A stretch of DNA of 64,000 nucleotides from the NCBI GenBank assembly GCA_963718515.1, contig OY970354.1, positions 174,363-238,362 of the forward strand, written 5' to 3'. The notes beneath the pieces are model-generated. The model ran no database searches, was not told the origin of the DNA, and saw nothing but the letters and a program-made list of their open reading frames with translations. Shown here piece after piece: positions 1 through 10,312 of this stretch (its first letter is position 1; each line of letters opens with the position of its first letter). The stretch is from an uncultured bacterium (GTDB lineage Bacteria > Patescibacteriota > Minisyncoccia > UBA6257 > 2-01-FULL-56-20). The translations under genes and the position numbers were made by a program.

Positions 1-1
1 C

Positions 2-223
2 TATGTTCTGATAGCGAAAGCATTTTTCTCGGTTCTTATATTGCTCCTGCTCATCGCCGTTTGGCGCGGAGATGGAGTAAGGGCCAGCCGGCTCATCCTG
101 CTCCTCGCGGTGGGATGGTTCCTCGTCTACCACGACATTATCCTCGCTGAACCCTACCTTAAGAACGTCATCCACCATCTTCCATGGCTCCGAGCGCATT
201 TGCTCGGAGCCATTTCTTTTTGA
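2..223 (+). CDS. C-terminal part of a hydrophobic protein (5' end outside window)
   Basis: The frame is open from base 2 to the stop at 221-223. The translation is hydrophobic (LILLLLIAVW...). No family recognised. Confidence 0.25.
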   Translation, partial: YVLIAKAFFSVLILLLLIAVWRGDGVRASRLILLLAVGWFLVYHDIILAEPYLKNVIHHLPWLRAHLLGAISF

Positions 224-251
224 CTAGGGCTTATGGCAGTATAATGGAATA

Positions 252-845
252 ATGATATACAGCATTTCCGGCGTGCTTGCGCTTAAAGAAAATAACTTTG
301 CCGTCGTGGAAACGGGCGGTTTGGGTCTCAAGCTTTTTGCGAGCAAGCAAACGATCGAGGCATTGCCGGCCACGGGCGTCGCCGTCAAGTTCTTTTGCCA
401 CCTCCACGTGCGCGAGGACGCGCTCGATCTCTTTGGATTTACGTCGGCCGGACGAGCTCAGTTTTTTGAGATGTTGATCTCCGTTTCTGGCGTCGGGCCA
501 AAGTCGGCGCTCGCCATTTTGGATACGGCACCGCTCGACGAACTTTCGGCGGCAATAAAAGAGGGCCGTCCGGATCTGCTCACTCGCGCGGCGGGCATCG
601 GCCGCAAAACGGCGGAGCGCGTGATCATTGAACTGCGCACAAAAGTGCAGTCATCAAAATCCGGCGCGGTGGTGGAAAAAATGCAGACCGACTCCGATCT
701 CGTGGAAGCGCTTACGAGCCTCGGCTATCATCGGGACCAGGCGCGCGTCGTACTCGCGAAGGTTGATGAAAAAGTTGTGGGGACGGAAGACCGCCTTCGT
801 GCCGCGCTCGCCCTGCTTTCAAATAAAGTCACCGATAAAAAATAA
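252..845 (+). CDS. ruvA: Holliday junction DNA helicase subunit RuvA
   Basis: 197 aa. The N-terminal OB fold (MIYSISGVL...VVETGGLGLKL) and HhH motifs (ISVSGVGPKSALAIL, AAGIGRKTAERVIIEL) are typical of RuvA. TATAAT at 240-245 lies 6 nt before the ATG. Confidence 0.9.
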   Translation: MIYSISGVLALKENNFAVVETGGLGLKLFASKQTIEALPATGVAVKFFCHLHVREDALDLFGFTSAGRAQFFEMLISVSGVGPKSALAILDTAPLDELSAAIKEGRPDLLTRAAGIGRKTAERVIIELRTKVQSSKSGAVVEKMQTDSDLVEALTSLGYHRDQARVVLAKVDEKVVGTEDRLRAALALLSNKVTDKK

Positions 846-872
846 GGGCAATAATACCGCCGCGCATTTTTT

Positions 873-2229
873 ATGAGCAATTCATCACATTCCGACTCGC
901 CCTCATTTCCGCCGCCGTCACCCCCGGCGGGCGACCCTTTTAGCATCAGAAAATTCTTTCACGACTTCAACGGCCCGCGCTCCGTGTACCATTTTTTATG
1001 GGCATGGACCGGCGCACGGCTTCATGGCCATCCGAGCAAAAAAACGTTCGTGATCGGCGTGACGGGAACAAAAGGTAAGACGACAACGATCGAATTGATA
1101 AATGCGATCTTGGAAAATGCTGGCAAACGCACCGCGATCATTTCCTCGTTGCGGATGAAAATCGCCGACCGAGAGCCAGAAAAATGACCTTGGCAACTCC
1201 ATGCCCGGCCGCGGCTATCTCCAAAAATTTTTGCGCCACGCCACGCGCGACAATTGCAACTACGTGCTTATCGAGATGACATCGCAGGCGGTTGTCCAGC
1301 ACCGGCACCGCTTCATCCATTGGAACATGGGTGTGCTGACCAACCTTGCGCCGGAGCACATCGAGGCGCACGGTTCGTTCGAGAATTATCGCGAGGCGAA
1401 GTTGGATTTCTTGAAGTACGTCATAAAAAGGGGTGGCAAAGTATTTTTAAACCGCGATGATAAGAACTTCGATTTTTTTATTGAAGCGCTCGGGGGCAGT
1501 GAGCCCGTCGTCTATTCAAAAGATGACGAGTTTTTGCATGACGCTTTGCCGCACATCCGTTCGACGCGGATGCGCCGCGAGAACGAAGTGCCGCATTTTC
1601 TTTTAAGCAAATTTAACGAGGAAAACATCGCTGTCGCCGTGGCGGTCGCAAAGGAGCTTGGCATTTCAAACACGCTCATCGAGAATGCGATATTGGAATT
1701 CAAGGGCGTGCCGGGTCGGCTCGAGTTCATTCGCAAGGACAATTACACCGCGGTCGTGGATTATGCACACACCCCGGAATCGCTCGAAGCCGTCTATGGA
1801 GCGGTCAAGCCGAAGCCGTCGTCATACTTTCCGCAACCTCGCCTGATCTGCGTGCTCGGCGCCGCGGGCGGCGGCCGCGATACGTGGAAGCGCCCGGCGA
1901 TGGGCGCGATTGCCGCAGATTACTGCGATGATATTATTTTGACCAGTGAGGATCCATACAACGAGGATCCCCGGGAGATCATGGGCGAGATCGAAAGCGG
2001 GATACCCCACCCTTTGCGCGATGATCAAAAAGTCTATCAGATCGTTGACCGGGCGGAGGCGATCAAGAAAGCGGTTTCGCTTGCAGGAGAAGGTGACGTC
2101 GTGATCGGCACCGGAAAAGGCAGCGAGGATTGGATCCATACCGCCCGTGGCAGAAAGATTCCATGGAACGAGCGTGCGGCGTTTGAAGCAGCGCTCACGG
2201 ACAAGATAAAGAACAGCCCCGGTGCGTAG
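873..2229 (+). pseudogene. murE: Mur ligase (MurE-like UDP-N-acetylmuramoyl-tripeptide synthetase), one frame break
   Basis: The 873-1187 ORF has the P-loop GVTGTKGKTTT. The 1201-2229 ORF continues with Mur ligase middle and C-terminal motifs (NLAPEHIEAHGSFENY, VDYAHTPESL, ILTSEDPYNEDP). The frames differ by +1 at the A-run 1180-1184. Confidence 0.75.
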
Positions 2230-2262
2230 CGCGCCGGGGCTGTGAAAGGGGGAAAATAGACA

Positions 2263-2529
2263 TCAGGCGAAGCTGAACACGCGGCCGCTCCGGGAAATCG
2301 TGTGGGAGTTCGGCCGGGCTTCGGCGCGCTGTTGCTTGCGCATCAGGGCTTCATGTCTTCGCTTGTGGGCAAGCCGCCTCCGCTCCCTGCGCTTGGCGCG
2401 TTTGGAAAGAGGGGGCGCTTCCTTCGAGATCGCCCCATGCACGGAGGGTTGGCTGTAAGAAGGTTGGATCGCTGCTGCGGCGCGCGCCAGCGTCTGCTGG
2501 GTGGGAGGGTTCCTTTTCACCGATGCCAT
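2263..2529 (-). CDS. small basic hypothetical protein
   Basis: 88-aa ORF, Arg/Lys rich, with GGAGA about 10 nt upstream of the ATG. No family recognised. Confidence 0.3.
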   Translation of the reverse strand: MASVKRNPPTQQTLARAAAAIQPSYSQPSVHGAISKEAPPLSKRAKRRERRRLAHKRRHEALMRKQQRAEARPNSHTISRSGRVFSFA

Positions 2530-2592
2530 GTTGTACGATTCTCCAAGGTTGGTCTAGTAACTACCGACCATTCTAATCTATAATTACCCTAT

Positions 2593-3940
2593 ATGCAACT
2601 TACTTTCTATGGAGGTACGGGTGAAGCGACGGGCGCGAACTATATTTTGGAATCGAACGGCACAAAGATCATGGTGGACTGCGGACTTCACCAGGGGAGC
2701 CACTATGCGGAGCGCGAGAATTTTGAACCGTTCGCATATGATGCGTCGGCGATCACCGCGGTCTTTATCACCCACTCTCACTTGGATCACATCGGTCGCC
2801 TGCCAAGCCTGGTGAAGGCCGGCTTTAAGGGAGTTATTTATTCCACGAGCGCCACGCGCGATTTTGCGGAGTTGATGTTGATCGATTCGGAGCACTTGCT
2901 TTCGAACGAAGCCGAACGCGAAGGGCGTGCCGCGCTTTATAACGAGCAGGACATCGAGCGCGTGATGGAATTATGGAAGGGGCTTAATTATCATCAACCG
3001 GTCGAGGTCGGCGGATTCAAAGTTGAGCTTTATGACGCCGGACATATTCTGGGATCGGCGATCATCCACGTGGAGGCGGAAGGGAAGACCATCGTGTTCT
3101 CGGGAGACCTTGGCAACACTCCTGCGCCCATCATTAAGCCCACGGAAAAAGTTGCGTCCGCGGATTATTGTCTGATCGAATCCACATACGGCGACCGCAT
3201 CCACGAAAATATCGCGGGGCGAAAGCAGATGCTCGAGACTGCGGTCGTCGAGACGGTCAAAGCAGGCGGCGTGTTGATGATCCCGACATTCGCGATGGAG
3301 CGCACGCAGGAATTGCTTTATCACCTGCACCAGCTATTTCAGGAAGGAAAACTGCCGCCGGTGCCGGTATTCATCGACAGCCCGCTCGCGATAAAATTGA
3401 CCGCGGTCTATAAAAAGCACGAGGATTATTTTAATAAAGCGACGGAGGACATTGTAAAGTCCGGCGATGATATTTTGAACTTCCCCGGCCTGCGACTGAC
3501 GCTCACAACCGAGCAGTCGAAGGAGATCAATAACGTTCCGCCGCCGAAGATCATCATCGCGGGTTCCGGCATGTCGAATGGCGGTCGCATTCTGCACCAC
3601 GAACTGCGGTATCTTCCCGACCCCAAGAGCGAGATCATTTTCGTGGGCTATCAGGCGGACGGGATCGATGGGGCGGCAGTTGCTTGAAGGAGCCACGGAA
3701 GTGAAGATCTTTGGCGAGACGGTGCCCGTGCGGTGCAGGAAGCTCAACATTCCCGGCTATTCTGCGCATGCGGACCAGCCGCACCTGCTTGACTGGCTGA
3801 GCTCTATGAAAGCCTCGCTAAAAAAGGTGTTTGTCGTGCAGGGCGAGCAGGCCTCGAGCGAGATACTGGCGCATAAGATCATCGACGGATTCGGTGTGCC
3901 GGCGGAAGTGCCGCATCTCGGGGAAAGTGTTACACTATAA
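2593..3940 (+). pseudogene. MBL-fold beta-CASP RNA-metabolising hydrolase, one frame break
   Basis: HSHLDHIGRLP (HxHxDH motif) and a beta-CASP region. The C-terminal part (GRQLLEGATEVKIFGETVPV...GYSAHADQPHLLDWL) continues in the +1 frame. Removing one A near 3663 restores GYQADGSMGRQLLEG. Confidence 0.8.
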
Positions 3941-3942
3941 CA

Positions 3943-4527
3943 ATGAAAAAAATAGACACGAGCTATCACTTAAAATATAAAGTATGCGTTTCGGGATCGG
4001 CGGAGACCGAGCACTGCCCGCCGGGCACGATCGAGAAGGCGACGTTGATCGGCAAGCTCATTGCCGAGGCGGGGATGGTACTCGTGACGGGCGCGACGAC
4101 CGGCATGCCGTACTATGCGGCAAAAGGGGCAAAGGAAGCGGGGGGGATCGTGATCGGCCTCTCGCCAGCGGAATCAAAAGCGGCGCACGAAAAAGTGTAT
4201 CACTTGCCGCTCGACTATCACGACCTCATTATCTACACGGGTTTTGGATACTCGGGCCGCAATCTTTTGCTCACTCGCTCCGCGGACGCGATCATCACGG
4301 TCTATGGCCGCATCGGCACGCTAAACGAGTTCACGATCGCGTTCGAGGATAAGAAACCGCAGGGCGTCTTGACCGAGACCGGGGGCACGAGCGACGAGCT
4401 CCAGCACATTTTGAAGATCGCGCATCGTGGCCATGGCAAAGTGGTGTTTGACCCGGATCCGAAATCGCTTGTAGAAAAAGTTATCGAAAAAATCCATGCA
4501 GAAGAGGACAAGCGCGAAATCGAATAA
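3943..4527 (+). CDS. LOG/TIGR00725-like Rossmann-fold protein
   Basis: 194 aa. VLVTGATTGMPYYAAKGAKEAGG..IGL and ADAIITVYGRIGTLNEF resemble the SLOG/lysine-decarboxylase-like family. Confidence 0.55.
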   Translation: MKKIDTSYHLKYKVCVSGSAETEHCPPGTIEKATLIGKLIAEAGMVLVTGATTGMPYYAAKGAKEAGGIVIGLSPAESKAAHEKVYHLPLDYHDLIIYTGFGYSGRNLLLTRSADAIITVYGRIGTLNEFTIAFEDKKPQGVLTETGGTSDELQHILKIAHRGHGKVVFDPDPKSLVEKVIEKIHAEEDKREIE

Positions 4528-4783
4528 GCGGCCGGCGAAAGTAAAGCCCGTCGGCAAGGTGACGCATTACTATGCGCACATTAAGGTGGCGATCGTTAAG
4601 TTCAATACGAATATAAAGACCGGCACGGAATTATATTTCAAAGGTGCGACGACGGATTTTAAAGAAGGGGCGAAGTCGATGCAATTCGACCATACGCCCG
4701 TGGCGACAGCGAAAAAAGGAAAGCAGATCGGCATCAAGTTGAAGAAGCGCGTTCGTGAAGGAGACCTGGTATATAAAGGATAA
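4496..4783 (+). CDS. small EF-Tu domain-2-like beta-barrel protein
   Basis: 95-aa ORF. The core VGKVTHYYAHIKVAIVKF..GTELYFKG...GKQIGIKL..VREGDLVY resembles translation-factor domain II. The true start may be the GTG at 4559. Confidence 0.45.
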   Translation: MQKRTSAKSNKRPAKVKPVGKVTHYYAHIKVAIVKFNTNIKTGTELYFKGATTDFKEGAKSMQFDHTPVATAKKGKQIGIKLKKRVREGDLVYKG

Positions 4784-4797
4784 AAGCTCGGCGCCGT

Positions 4798-5919
4798 ATG
4801 TCAAAAAAATCTATTACCATCGTGGCGATCGTTGCCGCGGCAACGATCGGGGAAGGCGTGTTCGCACTGCCATATGTCATCCAGGTATCGGGATGGCTTT
4901 TGAGCCTCGGTTATTTTATTGCGCTCACGATCGTCGTTTCCACCGCGCATATCGTTTATTTGCGGACGCTCGCCACGGTGCATGAAAAAGAGCGCCTGCT
5001 TGGCCTCACGCGGAAATATTTTGGCGCCACCGGTTTTTGGATCGGATTCCTGGCCATTGTCATCGGGCTTATGCTCGGATTTGTGGCGTATCTTGTGCTC
5101 GGCGTACAGTTCGTGGGTATTTTGGTGCCTGGAATTTCACCGACCGTCGCACTCGCGCTCTTTTGGTTTTTGCTCGCATGCCTCATTTGGGGGAGCGAGG
5201 GAAAGATCGCGTGGCTTGAAGTGATGGGCATCATTCTCATCTCGTGCGCGATATTTTTTATTTTTATATCAGGCCATCCTATCGCCGCACTTGCCACCAT
5301 CCCACCCGCGGTCGCCGGGAACTTTTTCCTTCCCTTCGGTGCTGCGCTTTTTGCGCTCGCCGGATGGACGAGCGTAGAGCCGGTGTATGAGCTTGCGCGT
5401 TCTAAAACGGTGGACTCCAGCCGATTCAATGCAAATCTTTTGTGGACATTCGTTGCGGGTACCGCGCTCGCCGGGTTGTTGTACTGGCTCTTTGCGCTCG
5501 GAGTGATCGGCGCGGGCGGCAGCGTCGCGATGGACACGATATCGGGCATCGCGGGTTGGCCGTTCTGGAGGAAGGATATTTTGGCGATGATCGGGATCCT
5601 CGCGGTCGCCGTCGTTTCTCTCCCGCTCGCGCGCGAGATCCGCGGTGCGCTTGAAAAGGATCTTGGGTGGAATCCGCTGGCTTCGCGCCTCGTAATTATT
5701 TTTCTCCCGCTCCTGTCGGTGCTCCTGGGGTTCAACAACTTTCTCCTCATCGTAAGCATCGCCGGAGGCGTCTTCCTTAGCGCGCAATATCTTTTGATCA
5801 TTTCCGTGGGACGGCGGACGCTTGCGCTCTCGCTGCGCGAAAAAATATTTCTGGATATCATCGCGGGAATCTTTGTCTGCGCCACGATTTACTCTATATA
5901 TGTGTTTGTAGTAAGATAG
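4798..5919 (+). CDS. polytopic membrane transporter, amino-acid permease-like
   Basis: 373 aa with about 11 hydrophobic segments. The N-terminus IGEGVFALPYV resembles aromatic amino acid/AAAP-type permeases. Confidence 0.5.
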   Translation: MSKKSITIVAIVAAATIGEGVFALPYVIQVSGWLLSLGYFIALTIVVSTAHIVYLRTLATVHEKERLLGLTRKYFGATGFWIGFLAIVIGLMLGFVAYLVLGVQFVGILVPGISPTVALALFWFLLACLIWGSEGKIAWLEVMGIILISCAIFFIFISGHPIAALATIPPAVAGNFFLPFGAALFALAGWTSVEPVYELARSKTVDSSRFNANLLWTFVAGTALAGLLYWLFALGVIGAGGSVAMDTISGIAGWPFWRKDILAMIGILAVAVVSLPLAREIRGALEKDLGWNPLASRLVIIFLPLLSVLLGFNNFLLIVSIAGGVFLSAQYLLIISVGRRTLALSLREKIFLDIIAGIFVCATIYSIYVFVVR

Positions 5920-5929
5920 GGCTGTATTC

Positions 5930-6001
5930 GCTCTCGTAGTTTAATGGATAGAATATCTCCCTCCGAAGGAGGTGGTACAGGTTCGATTCCTGTCGGGAGC
6001 A
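5930..6001 (+). tRNA. tRNA-Arg (anticodon CCG)
   Basis: Hand-folded cloverleaf. Acceptor is GCTCTCG/CGGGAGC, the anticodon stem is TCTCC/GGAGG with loop CTCCGAA, and the T arm is ACAGG-TTCGATT-CCTGT. The discriminator is A and no CCA is encoded. Confidence 0.85.
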
Positions 6002-6011
6002 CAAAAGAAAA

Positions 6012-6043
6012 AGGGCCGCAATGCAAAAGCGCATTGCGGCCCT
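6012..6043. terminator. bidirectional hairpin terminator
   Basis: agggccgcaatgc / gcattgcggccct is a perfect 13-bp stem between the convergent tRNA-Arg and the 6053-6691 gene. Confidence 0.6.
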
Positions 6044-6052
6044 AGTGTGTCA

Positions 6053-6691
6053 TCAAAGAGCATCGAGCGGTACGCACGACGCGAGGCCGACATTATCGAA
6101 GGCCGCGTCCATATCGTCCGCAACGGTCAGGTTGAAGAGGCCTCCCCCGCCAATGGTGACGAGCCCGTCATCCGGATTCGGACCAATGCATCGGGTGAGG
6201 ACGTCCGAAAAGAGCTGTTCGCCCGTCGCGAGAAGATAGAGCATGATCGTGTAGGCGAGCTCGCGTGCCTGTGGCACCGCTTCGTTCGCGGGCAGCAATA
6301 TTTTCTGCTCGACGAAACGCTTCGATCTGGAGCCGGCTATGATCTCCTTGCGGATCAGGCACCACCGCGGATCCAATCGCTGTCCCGGGGCATGCGTTTG
6401 ATCCTTCTGCCATGGAAGATAAGTGTGCGAGTAGGCAGTGCGGAATTCGTTGGGAGCCTTGCGAAGTATTTCGGGTATGGTCATCGAGGTCCACGCAACG
6501 AGGAGATAAGCATCTCTTCGCGCATCGAGCGTCGCGTCCGCGAACGGTATCGTGGCGAGTGCGTCAAGTTGTTGTGGGTTAAGGGTTGTCTTAAAATGTT
6601 TGACCACTTCCTCGATGCCGAGGAAGTTCTTGCCCATGATCTCGCGGGCGCATTGCTGTCCGTGGATCATCGTTTGGAACGTCCCCATCAT
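6053..6691 (-). CDS. hypothetical protein
   Basis: The ORF runs to 6751. AAGGAGG lies 5 nt before the MMGTFQ start at 6691. TTGACA and GATACT-like boxes lie upstream. No family recognised. Confidence 0.5.
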   Translation of the reverse strand: MMGTFQTMIHGQQCAREIMGKNFLGIEEVVKHFKTTLNPQQLDALATIPFADATLDARRDAYLLVAWTSMTIPEILRKAPNEFRTAYSHTYLPWQKDQTHAPGQRLDPRWCLIRKEIIAGSRSKRFVEQKILLPANEAVPQARELAYTIMLYLLATGEQLFSDVLTRCIGPNPDDGLVTIGGGGLFNLTVADDMDAAFDNVGLASCVPLDAL

Positions 6692-6783
6692 CCCCTCCTT
6701 ATTAAGGAACGCTAGTATCCTGGCAAATTTTGCATTCTCTGTCAATCGCAATAGGGATTTTTTAATTGCGCTATACTATGCGT

Positions 6784-7425
6784 ATGGATAAGCTGGTGGA
6801 GCTCAGGAAGATCGAGGCGGAACTTGCGGCAAACGTATCCTTGCCGCTCCGCGAATCGAACCTTGTGTTCGGCGAAGGCAACATCGACTGCGAAGTGATG
6901 TTCATCGGCGAGGCGCCGGGCGTGAATGAAGACCGCTTGCGCCGCCCGTTCGTCGGGCGCGGCGGCCAACTGCTCGATGACATGATCCGCGGGCTTGGTT
7001 GGAAGCGCGAAGGCGTCTATATCACAAACATCGTCAAGCGTCGGCCGCCGGAGAATCGTGATCCGTTGCCGCAAGAGATAGAAGCATACAAGCCCTACCT
7101 CACTCGGCAGATCGGGATCATCCAGCCCAAATTGATCGTCACCCTCGGGCGCTTTTCCATGAATTATTTTTTGCCGGAAGCGAAGATCACGCGCGACCAT
7201 GGCCGGCCGCTTACGATCGATGGCCGGACGATATTCCCGGTCTACCACCCCGCGGCGGCGCTCCGCTCAACGCAAATGATGGAGGTATTGCGCGGCGATT
7301 TTAAAAAGATCCCGAGCGTGCTGTCGGGCGAGTTTCGGATAGAGATGCCGCCCGCGTTCGCGGCACTCGCCGCCAAGCCCGCGAAGCAGGCGCCGGAAAA
7401 GCCCAAGCAAGCAGGGCTCTTCTAG
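6784..7425 (+). CDS. uracil-DNA glycosylase, family 4
   Basis: The GEAPGVNEDRLRRPFVGRGGQLLD motif and the C-terminal HPAA are typical of family-4 UDG. TATACT at 6772-6777 lies 6 nt before the ATG at 6784. Confidence 0.85.
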   Translation: MDKLVELRKIEAELAANVSLPLRESNLVFGEGNIDCEVMFIGEAPGVNEDRLRRPFVGRGGQLLDDMIRGLGWKREGVYITNIVKRRPPENRDPLPQEIEAYKPYLTRQIGIIQPKLIVTLGRFSMNYFLPEAKITRDHGRPLTIDGRTIFPVYHPAAALRSTQMMEVLRGDFKKIPSVLSGEFRIEMPPAFAALAAKPAKQAPEKPKQAGLF

Positions 7426-7440
7426 TGGTATTATTAAGTC

Positions 7441-7788
7441 ATGGATTTTTCCATCGTTTATGTGGCGCGGCGCTTTTTCTACCGTGTTTTAGATTTTTTT
7501 CATCATTGGTATATTGACGGGTCCCGCCTGATCGGGCGGCAGTTTATGGCGGCGATGACGGCGGCGGATCAATCGCTCGCGGTCGCGATCACCCTCCGGC
7601 ATTTTTTTGAACCGCTCTATAAGGACTACAGTGTGATCGGGCGCATCCTCGGCATCGTGTTTCGCACGTTCCGCATTTTGATCGGCGGCATTTTTTATCT
7701 TTTCCTCGTGCTCCTTTTCGCGTTCGCCTACGTCGTCTGGCTTGCGATTCCCGTCATCATACTTTCTTATGTCATCAAAAACCTCTAA
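7441..7788 (+). CDS. small membrane protein
   Basis: 115 aa with two C-terminal hydrophobic helices. It lies immediately upstream of, and overlaps, the clpB-like gene. Confidence 0.4.
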   Translation: MDFSIVYVARRFFYRVLDFFHHWYIDGSRLIGRQFMAAMTAADQSLAVAITLRHFFEPLYKDYSVIGRILGIVFRTFRILIGGIFYLFLVLLFAFAYVVWLAIPVIILSYVIKNL

Positions 7789-10312
7789 GTACCAATTTTA
7801 TTTCGATGACCCGCGTCTGCGCATGACGATTGCGGGAAGGATTTTGGTGCGGGTTATCAGTTATGTGGCGTACCTCGTGCTCGTCGTTGCCACATTCACG
7901 CTGTTGTTATCGTACGACATCCGCGCACTCTTTTATTTCGGGCTGTTTCTTTTGCTCGTCGTGATCGATCTCTTGATCCATCGCGGCGAGGGCGATACAC
8001 CGATCTCGGAACTGCCAAAAGATGTGCCAAGCGGCGCGGGTGCTTCCGGAGGCATACGAATAAATCTTGCCGAGACGATGGATCGCAGGGCATTTTCCAC
8101 TATTGAACGCGCGCTCGATCGGAGCATTATCACGAAGAAAAGTTTTTTGCTTGAGCTTGCGGCGCGTTTGATCGAGATCCCGCAGATCGAGAACGGCTTG
8201 CGCCGCCTTGATGTAAAGCCGGAAGAATTCAGGGCGAAACTCGAGGCGCTCATTGCTGAGTCATCAGCATCGGCGTCGGGTGATCCCGTGGCCATCGTGG
8301 AACCGCTCGCCGCATCTGCGTTCGCCGTTGCGGTGGGTTCCGGCCACGACTTCATAAAAGCGAGCGATCTTTTCGCCGCGCTCCCCGCAATGGAAGATGA
8401 ATCGCTCCAGCGACTCTTTACGTTGTTCTCCATAGAAGAGGGAGATCTTGAGCGGGCGCTCATCTTTAGCGGGCTCGCGGGCGGCGGCGGCTTATTCTCC
8501 CGCCTCCCGGATGTGGTGGGGGGATTTGCAAGGGAGACTCATCGGGTGATACCCCACCGCATCATGAATCGCGCGTGGACATCGCGGCCCACGCCGACGC
8601 TCGATCGCTACGGCATCGACTTCACCGATCTCGCGCGGGATGCGCAGGCGGGATTTCTTATCGGCCATGAAACGGAATACGAACAGCTTGTGGAAGCGCT
8701 CGGCCGCCCCATCGATCCCAATGTGATCTTGATCGGGGAGCAAGGAAGCGGCAAGGAAGCGGTCATACGGCATCTGGCGTATTGCCTCACCAAGGACGAT
8801 GTGCCCCAGGGACTTTTTGACCGGCGGCTGGTCGGGCTCCAATTGCAGAATCTTATTGCTGGCGCCGCGCCCGAGGAGCTGAACGCGCGGCTCAAAGCCG
8901 TCGTGGACGAGATTCTCACTGCGGGGAATATCATCCTTTATATCCCCGACATCCATAATCTCGTGCGCACGTCCGGAGCGGCATATCTTTCTGCGGCCGA
9001 CGCATTGATGTCCATCATTTCTTCCAATCAATTCCCGATCATCGGGACTTCCTATCCAAAGGAGTTCAAGGAATTTATTGAGCCGCGTAGTGACTTTGCC
9101 GCCATGTTCGAGACCATCACGATCAACGATATCTCGGAAGCGGACGCCGAAAAGATATTGACATACGAGAGCTTCCTGCTTGAACAACAATCTAAGATCA
9201 CGATAAGTTTTGGCGCGATAAAGCGTGCGGTCACACTCGCAAAGAAGTATCCGATGGGAAAACATCTTCCTTCGAGTGCCGAAGAGCTTTTGAAGAGTGC
9301 CACCGTGAATGCGGAACGGCGCGGGGAAAAAACGGTTACCCCCGAACGGGTGACCGCGGTTGCGGAGGAGCGGGTGAATGTTCCGATGCACGAAGCGGAA
9401 GGTGAAGAGGCGGGCAAGCTCCTTAATATGGAGGCGGTGATCCATGAGCGCCTGGTTGGACAGGACGAAGCGGTCAAAGCGGTCTCGCAGGCCCTGCGTG
9501 AATATCGGAGCGGCCTTACGCGCAAAGGCGGCCCGATCGCGAGCTTTTTATTCGTCGGTCCCACCGGTGTGGGCAAAACTGAGCTTGCAAAGACGCTCGC
9601 CGAGATCCAGTTCGGTTCGCAAAAATTGATGATACGGTTCGATATGACGGAATATCAGGATAAAACGAGCTTCTATCGCTTTATCGGATCGCCCGACGGA
9701 AGCGTGCGCGGCGCGCTGACCGATGCGGTGCTCGAAAAGCCTTACAGCCTCATCCTTCTTGATGAATTTGAAAAAGCATTTCCGGATATTTTGAATTTGT
9801 TCCTGCAAGTGCTGGATGACGGCCGCCTCACCGACAACTTCGGGCGCGTCGTGGATTTTACGAACACAGTCATCATCGCCACATCGAACGCGCACTCGGA
9901 CATCATCAACGATGCGCTCGCGAAGGGCGAGTCGATGGCGGACATCGCGGAATATCTCAAGGCGCGATTGGTGGATGTGCTCAAACCGGAACTCCTCAAC
10001 CGTTTTTCAAAGATCATCGTGTTTAAGAACCTTGAGATGAGCCAACTTCCGCAGATCGTCCAGCTCAATCTTGGCGAGCTCGTTGCCGCGGTGAAAGCTC
10101 AAGGGATCACGCTCGAGTTCAGCCCGGAAGCGGTCGTGCAGATCGCCAAACGCGGCTATGATCCTGCGTTCGGGGCGCGGCCGCTCCGGCGTGTCATTGA
10201 CGAATACATCCGCGCGCCGCTTTCCGAAGCCCTGCTCGCGAAGAAGATCACAAAGGGCGCGCAGATCGTGTGCGTCGTGAAAGGCGATGCGTTCGATTTT
10301 CAAAATAAATAA
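7742..10312 (+). CDS. ClpA/ClpB-family AAA+ ATPase with N-terminal transmembrane region
   Basis: 856 aa. The N-terminus has 2 hydrophobic helices. D1 has altered Walker A (GEQGSGKEA) and Walker B (ILYIPDIH). D2 is canonical (GPTGVGKTELAKTLA, LILLDEFEKA, GARPLRRVI). Confidence 0.8.
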   Translation: MRFPSSYFLMSSKTSKYQFYFDDPRLRMTIAGRILVRVISYVAYLVLVVATFTLLLSYDIRALFYFGLFLLLVVIDLLIHRGEGDTPISELPKDVPSGAGASGGIRINLAETMDRRAFSTIERALDRSIITKKSFLLELAARLIEIPQIENGLRRLDVKPEEFRAKLEALIAESSASASGDPVAIVEPLAASAFAVAVGSGHDFIKASDLFAALPAMEDESLQRLFTLFSIEEGDLERALIFSGLAGGGGLFSRLPDVVGGFARETHRVIPHRIMNRAWTSRPTPTLDRYGIDFTDLARDAQAGFLIGHETEYEQLVEALGRPIDPNVILIGEQGSGKEAVIRHLAYCLTKDDVPQGLFDRRLVGLQLQNLIAGAAPEELNARLKAVVDEILTAGNIILYIPDIHNLVRTSGAAYLSAADALMSIISSNQFPIIGTSYPKEFKEFIEPRSDFAAMFETITINDISEADAEKILTYESFLLEQQSKITISFGAIKRAVTLAKKYPMGKHLPSSAEELLKSATVNAERRGEKTVTPERVTAVAEERVNVPMHEAEGEEAGKLLNMEAVIHERLVGQDEAVKAVSQALREYRSGLTRKGGPIASFLFVGPTGVGKTELAKTLAEIQFGSQKLMIRFDMTEYQDKTSFYRFIGSPDGSVRGALTDAVLEKPYSLILLDEFEKAFPDILNLFLQVLDDGRLTDNFGRVVDFTNTVIIATSNAHSDIINDALAKGESMADIAEYLKARLVDVLKPELLNRFSKIIVFKNLEMSQLPQIVQLNLGELVAAVKAQGITLEFSPEAVVQIAKRGYDPAFGARPLRRVIDEYIRAPLSEALLAKKITKGAQIVCVVKGDAFDFQNK

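Noticed and set aside
4956-5885. Long antisense ORFs (examples: 4956-5885, 8492-9445, 43768-44778, 46840-47730, 52139-53248)
   Set aside because: Each lies opposite a gene with strong family motifs (permease, clpB-like, gpmI, rny, C-methyltransferase). They translate to Arg/Pro/Gly-rich low-complexity sequence, as is typical of antisense frames in GC-rich DNA.
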